DNA from: an uncultured Planctomycetota bacterium
GTDB taxonomy: Bacteria > Planctomycetota > Planctomycetia > Isosphaerales > Isosphaeraceae
Length of the DNA stretch: 64,000 bases
Assembly (NCBI GenBank): GCA_963823665.1
Contig: CAWGMQ010000004.1
Location: 1,312,001 to 1,376,000, forward strand
Direction: 5' to 3'
Positions within the stretch are counted from its first letter, which is position 1. Every line of letters begins with the position of its first letter. A program made the position numbers and the translations under genes. Of this stretch, positions 1-9,800 are shown in pieces. The notes under the pieces are model-generated. The model saw only the letters and a program-made list of their open reading frames with translations. It did no database searches and was not told the DNA's origin.

Positions 1-1793
1 AGGGCACCTCCTCCTTATCCACCAACGGCAAGATCGAGCGATCTCCCTCAAATCCGCCCGGCACGTCGGGCGGCAGCGAGGGCACCGATGACGGAGGCTT
101 GGTCACCGGCAATACGGTGACCGACAACAACGACGGCTCGGACGACGATTCCACCCAAACCGGACCGGACGCGCCGGGATTTCTTCCCAACACGGACATC
201 ACTAATACGGCCGGCACCGACGGCACCAACACCGTCAGCACGGACAACGGCTTCAACGAACAGATCAACCCCAACGGGGACACCAACGTCACGACCCCGA
301 ACGGGACGCAGGGCGAGACCTCTCCCGGGGGGGGCGTCACCCTCACCAATCAACCCGCGCCGCCGCCTGTATCGCCAAACCAGTGTCCTACTCCCCCTCC
401 ACCGCCGCCGCCGCCCCCACCGCCGCCTCCGCCGCCGCCGCCGCCCTCGCCGAACAATGTGGCCGGCATGATCGGCGGGCGCGGGCAGGGCACCGGCGTC
501 GTTTCGCACGACCCCAACAACATTACGGGCCCCTCCGGCTCGGGGGCACAGGGCTTCGTGACGACCGGGCAAGTGATGGGCTATACCATCGACTTCGAGA
601 ACGACGGCACGGCGCCGGCCCAGGTCGTCAACGTCACGCAGCAGCTCGCCACCAGCCTGAATCTGAGCACTTTCCAGCTCGGCGCCTTCGGCTTCGGCAG
701 CACCGTGGTCCAGGTGCCCGCGGGGCTCACATCCTACAGCACCGAGCTAACCTTGCCTTCGACGGCACCCGGCGCCGGGCCAGCCGGCCTGATCGTCGAT
801 GTGACCGCGGGCCTCAACCTTCAAACCGGCCTCGTGACCTGGACGTTCACCAGCAAGGACCCGACGACGCTCGACATTCCCATCAATCCTCTCGAAGGCT
901 TCCTGCCGAGCAACGACAGTGCAGGCGATGGTGCCGGGTTCGTCTCGTACACCGTAGAGCCCAAGGCGAGCGACTCGACGGGCACCGTCATCAATGCCCA
1001 GGCCACCGTGGTTTTCGACACGAACGCTCCGATCAAGACCAATACGATCGCCAATACCATCGACGTGACCGTGCCGACGAGCTCGGTGCAGCCGCTGCCG
1101 GCAACCACGACGGCCGCGAGCTTCACCGTTTCCTGGTCCGGGTCCAATGGCGCCGGCTCGGGCATCGCGACCTACAACGTTTTTGTCTCGAATGACGGCG
1201 GACCATTCGTTCCGTTCCAGGTCGCCACGAATGCAACTTCGGCGACCTTCACCGGCCAGGTTGGCCACACGTATGCGTTCTACAGCGTGGCGACCAGCAA
1301 CGTCGGCCTGGTGCAGCCGACGCCCAAGACCGCTCAGGCCACGACCACCGTGGTGAACACACCGCCGCCGCCAGCTCCGCCGGTGATCATCGGCGAAAAG
1401 GCCGTGTTCCAGCGCAAGACGAACAAGAAGGGCAAGCCGGTCGCTAAAGCCGTCCTCACCGGATTCGACCTCACCTTCAGTACCCCGCTCACTTTGGCGT
1501 CTGCGACCAACGCCGTCAACTTCCAGCTCGCTACCATCACAACGAAGAAGGTGAAGAAGAAGCTCACGACCATTCTGCACCCGATCACGAAGTTCACGGT
1601 GTCGTATATCCCGGCCACTGATTCGGTGGATCTGAAGCTGATCGGCACGCAGTCCTTCTCGACCGGCGGTCAGCTCACAGTTGTTAACCGCTCGCCGGGC
1701 GGAGTCGAGGGGGCTTCAGGCGCGCTGCTGGGGGGCAAGACGGTGTTTGCCATCTCGAAGAAGGGAAGCACGATCACGCCGTCGAGCTTGTAG
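1..1793 (+). CDS. C-terminal part of a large secreted/surface protein (5'-truncated): Pro-rich linker, 'HDPN..GP' DUF7619-like domain, FN3-like module, Lys-rich C-terminal domain
   Basis: The frame of ORF 99..1793 is open back to position 3. It has a poly-Pro run, 'SHDPNNITGP...YTIDFENDGTAPAQ...GFLPSND..GAGFVSYTV...ATVVFDTNAPI', and a C-terminus homologous to that of the next giant protein. Confidence 0.8.
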   Translation, partial: GTSSLSTNGKIERSPSNPPGTSGGSEGTDDGGLVTGNTVTDNNDGSDDDSTQTGPDAPGFLPNTDITNTAGTDGTNTVSTDNGFNEQINPNGDTNVTTPNGTQGETSPGGGVTLTNQPAPPPVSPNQCPTPPPPPPPPPPPPPPPPPPSPNNVAGMIGGRGQGTGVVSHDPNNITGPSGSGAQGFVTTGQVMGYTIDFENDGTAPAQVVNVTQQLATSLNLSTFQLGAFGFGSTVVQVPAGLTSYSTELTLPSTAPGAGPAGLIVDVTAGLNLQTGLVTWTFTSKDPTTLDIPINPLEGFLPSNDSAGDGAGFVSYTVEPKASDSTGTVINAQATVVFDTNAPIKTNTIANTIDVTVPTSSVQPLPATTTAASFTVSWSGSNGAGSGIATYNVFVSNDGGPFVPFQVATNATSATFTGQVGHTYAFYSVATSNVGLVQPTPKTAQATTTVVNTPPPPAPPVIIGEKAVFQRKTNKKGKPVAKAVLTGFDLTFSTPLTLASATNAVNFQLATITTKKVKKKLTTILHPITKFTVSYIPATDSVDLKLIGTQSFSTGGQLTVVNRSPGGVEGASGALLGGKTVFAISKKGSTITPSSL

Positions 1794-2027
1794 CAGGTGC
1801 ACTCCCCCGCCCGCCCGGAGACGAATCCGCGCATTTTCGTGAGCACCCACGAAAGGTGGATCGGTTGGGTGGCTATTTATAGTTGGAGCTTGCGTGCTCG
1901 CGCGTGCAAACTCTTGCATTTAAAGTCCGCTCGCACATGTACTTGAAGAGAAGACGCCGGGCATGCATCACGCGACAAGAGTGTCCAGCTATTCGGCCTG
2001 AGTCTTTCAGGTCGTGGAGTCGCCCCG

Positions 2028-2933
2028 ATGCCATCGCGCCCATCTCGCCCGAGGCGCTTGTGCGCGCTCGCCGGCCGTGCCGCCAAGAACAAACAGCCCC
2101 TTCTCGATCTGTCAAACAAACTTGCGAGGCGTCTCTTCCGCCCGACGCTGGAGGGCCTTGAGGAACGCGTGGTTCTGGACGCCGTGGTCTGGAACGAGGC
2201 GACGAGCGGGAACTGGAACGTCGCCGCCAACTGGCTCGACACCACGACGGGCGAGCCGAAGGTGCCCACGTCGACTGACCAGGTGTCCATCAACCAGGCT
2301 GGTGTGACGGTCACGGTGAGCAGCGCGCAAGAGGCCGACACCTTGACCACCGCCAGTGGGACCGTTCTTGACGTGACTGCCGGATCGCTCACCGTGGGGG
2401 GCGGCTCGACGCTCTCCGGCAACCTCGATCTGAGCGGCGGTACGCTCTCGACCGATGCCGCGCTCACCCTGGCGGGGACGAGCACGTGGTCAGGCGGCTC
2501 GCTTGCCGGCTCGGGAAGCGTGACCAACACCGGCACGCTGACGCTCGCCGGCACGTCAGCCACGAGCCCGCTCGCCCTGGGTGTCAGCCTCGATAATGAC
2601 GGCACCATCGCGCAGACCGGCACCGGCAACCTCGGCATCAGCTCGGGCACGACGCTCACAAACGAGGCGGGCGGCGTCTACGATTTGCAGTCGGACGCCG
2701 GATTGACGTCCCTACCCGGGCCCGGCGCCGGGCCGCAGTTCTTCAACGCCGGCACCATCCAGAAGACCGCGGGTACGGGCACGTCAACGGTCGACAGCGG
2801 GGTGACATTCGAGCACGCCAATGGCACCGTCGATGTCGAAACCGGAACCGTGGCGATCGAGCAAAGCGGCAGCGCCAGAACGGCGACGAGGGGGCGGTGT
2901 TCACCGTGGCCCAAGGTGCGGTTCTCAATTTGA
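2028..2933 (+). CDS. Giant surface protein, segment 1: planctomycete-type N-terminal motif and beta-strand passenger-like repeats (frameshift ~2895)
   Basis: 'RRLFRPTLEGLEERVVL' matches the planctomycete extracellular (LEPR-XLL-like) N-terminal motif. Gly/Thr/Ser/Asn-rich repeats continue in the next frame. Confidence 0.75.
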   Translation: MPSRPSRPRRLCALAGRAAKNKQPLLDLSNKLARRLFRPTLEGLEERVVLDAVVWNEATSGNWNVAANWLDTTTGEPKVPTSTDQVSINQAGVTVTVSSAQEADTLTTASGTVLDVTAGSLTVGGGSTLSGNLDLSGGTLSTDAALTLAGTSTWSGGSLAGSGSVTNTGTLTLAGTSATSPLALGVSLDNDGTIAQTGTGNLGISSGTTLTNEAGGVYDLQSDAGLTSLPGPGAGPQFFNAGTIQKTAGTGTSTVDSGVTFEHANGTVDVETGTVAIEQSGSARTATRGRCSPWPKVRFSI

Positions 2934-3835
2934 GCGGTGTGAGCCCCAACAACACGCTCGAAGGCACCTTCACCGGCGCGGGTCAGGGCACCGTGCTCTT
3001 CGACAGCGGTTTCTTGAGCACGGGCCCGCAGGGCGCGACGTTCAATTTCCCCGCCGGACTTTTCCAGTGGACCGGCGGCACGATCGACAATACCGGCGGG
3101 CTGACCAACCAGGGAACAATCACCCTCGCCGGCAGCAACGACTTGACGTTCGGCCCGGGCGCGCTCGACAACACCGGCACGATCATCCAGACTGGCGGCG
3201 AGTTCTCGCTCGACCCCAACACGACCCTGTTGAACGAAGCCGGCGGCCTTTACAACCTCGAAACGGGCGCCAACCTGAATGACAACATGGCCAACGGCGG
3301 CGGCGTCAACCCGGTGCTGGCCAACGCAGGTACGTTCGAGGAGTCCGCCGGCGGCAGCACGACGATGACCTGGGACCTCGACAACACGGGCACGTTCGAG
3401 GTCGACTCGGGCACGCTCACCCAGAACGGCAACTTGCTTGAGGCCGTCTCCCTCGCGCTCACCGGCGGGACCTGGGTCGTCTCAGGCGGGGCGGCGCTCA
3501 CTCTCCAGCAACCCGGCAACCTGAGCATCAACCAGGCCGATGTTACCTTGTCGGGAGCGGGCTCGAGCTTCACCAATCTCTCGGCATTGAGCTCGAACTC
3601 GGGTACGCTGACGCTCACGTCCGGCGCGACCTTGAGCGCGGCGCGGGCTTCACGAACACGGGTCGCTCACGATCGGGCCGGCCAGCACGCTCTCCGTCAC
3701 CGGCAAATACAACCAAACCGCCGCAGGCACCCTCGACGTGCAACTTGGCGGCGCTCCCGCCGGCGGACAGTTCGGCCAACTGGCCGTCACCGGCTCGGCG
3801 ACGCTCGCCGGCACGCTCCAGGCCAAAATCGTTAA
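2897..3835 (+). CDS. Giant surface protein, segment 2: autotransporter-passenger-like beta-strand repeats (frameshift ~3650)
   Basis: Repeats such as 'FQWTGGTID..LTNQGTITL', 'LDNTGTIIQTG'; composition is continuous with the flanking segments. Confidence 0.7.
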   Translation: MFTVAQGAVLNLSGVSPNNTLEGTFTGAGQGTVLFDSGFLSTGPQGATFNFPAGLFQWTGGTIDNTGGLTNQGTITLAGSNDLTFGPGALDNTGTIIQTGGEFSLDPNTTLLNEAGGLYNLETGANLNDNMANGGGVNPVLANAGTFEESAGGSTTMTWDLDNTGTFEVDSGTLTQNGNLLEAVSLALTGGTWVVSGGAALTLQQPGNLSINQADVTLSGAGSSFTNLSALSSNSGTLTLTSGATLSAARASRTRVAHDRAGQHALRHRQIQPNRRRHPRRATWRRSRRRTVRPTGRHRLGDARRHAPGQNR

Positions 3836-6800
3836 CGACTATGCTCCTTCCGCCGGCGACAGCTTCCAGGTGCTCTCCACCGCCAGCCAGTTGGGCAGCT
3901 TCACCACCTTGAATCTGCCCATCGCGCCTACGGCATACTTCCAGGCCGGCGTGAGTTCGACGGGCACCAGCGTGACTGCCCTGGCCACCCAGACGAACCT
4001 GACACCCGTTTCCATCCAGAGCATCACTCAGACCACAGCGACGGTCGGGCAAAGCCTGGGCGTCACCTTCACGGTCAAGAATGAAGGGACTCAGAAAACG
4101 CCCGTGTCGAGCTGGGTCGATTCCGTGTATTTGTCGCCGTCCTCGACAATCGGCGCAACGGCCGTGCTGCTGGGCCAGGTCACAAGCCCGGGTGCTGTCG
4201 CCGCCGGCGCCAGCTACCAGGAAACCGTGACGGCTTCGGTGCCTGCGCTTCTGCCTGGCCAGTATTTCGTGATCGTGCAGGCCGACAGCGGCGACGTTGT
4301 GCCCGACACCAACCGGGGCGAAAGCACGCTGGCGTCGAGCGCGGCGATTTCGGTGACCGTGCCCTCCTTGAGCATCGGGACTCCGCTCTCGGGAACGATC
4401 AGCGGCGGTCAAGATCTGTGCTTCGAGGTGAGCCCGTCTGCCGGCGAAGATGTGACCGTGGTGGCCTCGAGCAGCGTCGCCGGCTTCGCGGCGGTGTTCG
4501 AGAGCTCCAGCGGCATTCCCAGCACGACGACCTTCGACCAGTCGGCGTCGAATGCCGGCCAGGCCACCCAGGCGGTGGAGTTCTTCGACCCCCAGGCTGG
4601 GCCATACTTCGTTCTGCTCGAGGGGCAGACTGCCGCCGGCTCGGGCATATCCTTCACGCTCACCGCCGCGCCGGCGGCGCTGTCGCTCACCGGTTTGGGT
4701 GCGACGTCGGGAAGTAATGCAGGGCAAGTGACGGTGCCTTTGTTCGGCACTTTCTTTCAGACAGGACTCCAGGCCAGTCTCGTGGGCACGAATAATGCCT
4801 CGCAGGCGGCGGTATCGGTGTTTATCGCTTCCAGGACGCAAGCGTACGCGACGTTTAACTTGTCAACGCTCGCGCTGGGCACTTACGAGGTGCAGGTCAC
4901 TGCGGCCGGGCAGACTGCGAGCCTTCCCGCGGCTTTTTCCGTTGTGTCGGGCACGGTGGGCCAGTTCCAGGTGCAATTGTCGTTTTCCAATGCCACGGCC
5001 ACCTCGGCAGGGCCCTCTGAGGGCCTGATCACTTACAGCAACACCGGGGACACCGACCTGGTCGCCCCGCTCCTGCACCTCGACAGCGACGGCCAGGCCG
5101 CGATGCGGCTCGATTCGTCCGATCCGTATTCCGATAATCCTCTGCTACTGATCGCGGCCAGCTCTTCCGGCCCGGCGGGCGTGCTGCGGCCGGGCGAGCA
5201 AAGCGAGATCACTTTTGAGGCGCTTCCGACCACCGGTAGCGGAGGCGCGCTCGACATCGGCCTCGCGCAAGAGACTTCCAGCAGCACCACCGCGATTAAT
5301 TACACGGCGCTCGAGCAGCAGATCCAGCCTGCAGGGACGACCGACGCGAGTTTCGCTCCGATACTGGAGCAGATCGAGAACGAGGCCGGCCCGACTTGCG
5401 GCGGGCTCGTCACGCTGATCGCGCAGACCGCAACGGCAGTTGGTTTGCAGGGCTCTGGCCAGGGCAACGGCAGCTTCTACTCGGCGCCCGACGTCTTTGC
5501 CAAGATCGTGAGCAACGCCACCGGGCAGGCCAATGGTGAGATAACCGGGCAACTGTTCTTGAACGACAACTCCAACCCGCTGGCCGGCGCGACCGTCTCG
5601 ATCGCGACGGCCGACCAATCGCAAGGCGATACGGCCGTCACGTTCAACGACGGCAGCTTCGTCTTCCCGGAGATGCCCGAGGGCACCTACGACCTGACCG
5701 TGAGCGGTTATCTCCTGGCAGCGCCGGTGCAGGTCGTGGTTCCCTCGAGTGGGTTCGTCAGCGGCCTCGACGTGACGGTCACGCCCGGCGCGAGCATCAG
5801 CGGAACGCTGGTCAATGAGGCCAACAACGAGCCGATCAGCGGCGAGATGGTCGTCGCCCAGGGGACGGGAACGACGAACTATGCCGCGATGACGAACTCG
5901 AACGGGAATTACACGATCAGCGGCCTGCCGCCGGACACTTACACCGTATCGGCCGGGGGCGACACGTTCGCTCCCGGGTCCAGCAGTGCGATCCAGCTCG
6001 CGGCTCAGCAGGCGACGACCGGTGTCGACTTGACGCTCGAACCCGCCGCTACGCTCCAGGGCCAGCTTCTGAGCGACGGCGTCGCGGTAAGCCAGGCGGA
6101 AGTCACACTGGTCGATTCTTCCGGCGTCAGTCACTCGACCGAGACAGACAGCAACGGCCAGTATTCCATCACCGGTCTGGTGGCTGGAACAGCCGAGCTG
6201 AGTGTGCAAGCGCCGGGCTTCGCTCCAGCGAGCGCGCAGGTGATGCTGACAGTGGGAGATACCACGACCGCGCCAAACATCCCGCTCACCCCGGGCGCCG
6301 CGATCTCCGTGACGGTGATGGACTCGAGTGGGAACCCGCTGGCGAACGCGGCCGTGACGCTCTCGAGCAATGGCGCTCAGGTAGCCGAACTGAGCACGGA
6401 CGCGAGCGGCCAGGTTTCGTTCCCGGATCTGGCCGCGGGGACATTCAGCCTGGACGTCCTCGATCTCAACTACGTGACGACGGATGACACCGTTTCCGTG
6501 CAGACCGGTCAAACCCTTACCCAGACCTATGCCTTGGGCGCCGCGGGGTCGATTCAGGGCGAGGTGACGAATGGCTCGGGAAATCCTCTGGCGAACGTCC
6601 CTGTCACCCTGACGTATAGTGACGGCACGATCGACACCGAGACCACTGGCACCGATGGATCTTATTCGATCACGAATCTGGTGCTCGGAACATACGCAGT
6701 GACGGTCGGGATCAACCCCGGCATCGATCGGCAAGACGTTGTGCTGAGCGCAAGCGCGCTTGAGGCTACTGAGAACTTCACGCTCGCTGGCGCATCCCTG

Positions 6801-9800
6801 ACCGGCCAGGTCGACGAGTCTGACGGCGCGACGAGCGTGCCAGGGGCGACGGTTGCCCTGGTGCAAGGGGGCAACGTCCTGGTGGGCGTCACGGCCGACG
6901 ACAACGGCGATTATCAATTCGAAGGCGTGCCGGCGGGTTCCTATTCCATCGTGGCTACCGACACCTCGGCGATCACTGCGGCAGTCTCGGTCACTGTCGG
7001 CTCGGGCAACGTCCAGGTTCCGGCGCTGTCTCTCGGGGCGCTGACCCTTTCCGGCGTGGTGCAAGACGGAAGCGCGAACCCCATCTCCGGCGCCACGATT
7101 GTCGTGGAGCCGACCGCCGTCGACGGCGCCTCGTTCGACCAGTTCGCCACGAGCGCCGCTAACGGGTCGTTTTCTGTCACCGGTTTGGTCCCGGGTCAAT
7201 ATACAGTTCTGATCGGGCAAGACGGGTTTGCAGACGCCAGCCAGAGCGTGAACCTCACCGCCAGCACCACATTGCCAGCCGTCACGCTGGTGGTTGGTCA
7301 TTCGATCTCCGGCCAGGTTACCAGCACGGACTCGCAGCCCGTGGATGGGGCCACCGTTTCGATCTTCAATCAGACGACGGCACAGTTTGTGAGTGCGGCG
7401 ACCACGGATGCCTCGGGCAACTTCACCGTGTCGAATCTCGCCGCGGGGACGTATGACCTGGTCGCGGGCGCTGCCAACTTCGGCTCAACGGAGGTCGACG
7501 GGCTCGTGCTGGGCAGCAACCCACTCTCGCAAAACGTCCAGATCGGCTCGTCGACGATCCAGGTCTCGGGTGAGGTCACCGATCCGAATGGGCAGCCAGT
7601 TTTCAATGCGCTTGTGACCTTCGTCAATGGCAAGAGCGAAGATATTCTGAGCACGTCGACGCTGCTCAATGGAACCTTCTCTGTCAACCAGTTGCCCGCC
7701 GGAACCTTCACGATCCAGTATTCGGTCAACGGCCATTTCCCTGCACAACAAACGAATATCGTCGTGCAGAACGGTCAGGCGACGAGCGTACCGGCCGTGG
7801 TACTGAAAGTCGCGGGGGCCGACAACGCCATCGGGGACATCAACAAACAAGTGGAGGGCGCGCTTGGGGCTCTGGCACAGCAGACGTTTTCGAATGGACT
7901 CATCACCGACCCGAGACCGCTGGCAAGCCCACTTCAGGACACGACGCTTACCTACTCGAGCAACTCCTGCGATGCGGTGATCATTGCCGCCCACAACTTC
8001 AACGTGGCCGCCGGCGACGCGCTGCAGTTGTACATTCACACGGTCAGCCAGTTCCAGGAGATCTATACCGAAGCGGGCAGCGTGATCCTGGGAGCGATCA
8101 AGACCCTGATCAGTACCGGCCTCAAAGCCGCGGCCATCGCCGCCGCATCCGCGGAAATGGAGGCATATAACGCGACGAAGATTGCGATCCAAGCGGTGGA
8201 CACCGGGAGCGGCGCCGCGGGTAATGCAGCCGACGTCGCGGCTCTGCTTGCGGCAGCCCAGACCTTCGGGCCTGCACTCGCGGAACTGGGCAGCGTTGTG
8301 GTTGAGCTTGGGGTTGCCGCAGACGAATCGCACGCGACTCCGCTGCAGGTTTACTCGGCAGTGGTTACAGGGGCCTCCACAATCGTCGGGCTCTTCTCGG
8401 TCGGCACCAAGGCGGCGGCTGCCGTGGAGCTGCTGGAACATTCTCCGTTTCTCGCAGCGCTCGGACCTTTTGCCGACATCGTCGGAATCGGACTGGACCT
8501 CCTCTCATTTGTCCTGAACGCCGCTATCGCGGTGAATAATATAAATACTCTCATCCCGGAATATCAAAACACGCTGAACGAGTATCAGGAGCAGAGCAAT
8601 GAGCTGCCGGCGCTTCTGGCCGAATACAACAAAGCCGTTACAGACTGCCAGAATGGGCATCAACACCAGCCGGCAACTACGCCGGTGCCCCCCGATGTTC
8701 AGACGGTGAGCTGCTCCCAGGTCACGCTGCCGTTTGTATTCCAGGTCACCACCAATCTCGACGCCCTTTCAGGACCTGACTTTGAGGGCAGCCTGCGAGA
8801 GGCCATCCTCGACGCCGACGAGTCTAACGATCCCGGCATAGTCGAGATCGATTTTGCGCACCTCACCAATCCCACGATCATGCTGCAGGCGATTTTACCG
8901 ACCATCACGCGCTCGGTTTACATCGACGGCGGTGTGGGCTCGAACTGCGTGATGCTCGTCCTCGACGGCAGTGACATTTTGGCGGGTCCCACGAATCAGG
9001 ACGAAATCGGAAACATCATCAACGTGCGAGCGAACGACAGCACGGTCCGCGACATCGATTTTGTGAACTTCATCACCAATCCATTGGCCATCGAAGGCAG
9101 CAACGACACGGTCGCCGACTGCTACGTCGATGTTGACGCGAGCGGCGAGGTCGCAGAAGGCAACCTTGGCGTCGGGATCGGTGTGTACGGATCCAATAAC
9201 ACGATCGGCAGCATTCTGCCCGGCAACGGCAATGTCGTGTCGAACAGCGGGTTGACCGGCATCCTCGTTGGCGGCGGTACGAACAACGTGATCGAGGGAA
9301 ACATCGTCGGGCTTGACCTGGCCGGGACCATCGCGATGGGCAACGGCAACTCGGTCCCCAGCGGCCAGGACGGCAGCGGCATCGCCGTGGACTCGGCCTC
9401 GAATACCATCGGCGGTGTGATCCCGGCCGTGCGCAACGTGATTTCGGCCAACGGCCAGCACGGAATCTTCGGCGGCGGAAGCGAGTCGCTCGACGGCATG
9501 AATTTCGGCGGCAACGCCTTCGCGAACAACAACCTCATCGAGGGCAACTTTATCGGCACCGACATCACGGGAACGATCGCGCTGGGCAACAAGTCAGACG
9601 GAATCTTGCTCACGAACGTCACGAACAACACGATCGGCGGCACGTCCGGCACGTCGCCCACGACGGGTCTCTCCGGAGCAGCCAACTTGATCTCGGCCAA
9701 CGGCGCAAGTGGCGTCGAGTTCCAGGGATCAGCCTCGACCGGCAACCAGGTGCTGGGCAATTTTATCGGCGTCGACTCAAGCGGCGCCAATGCGCTGGGG

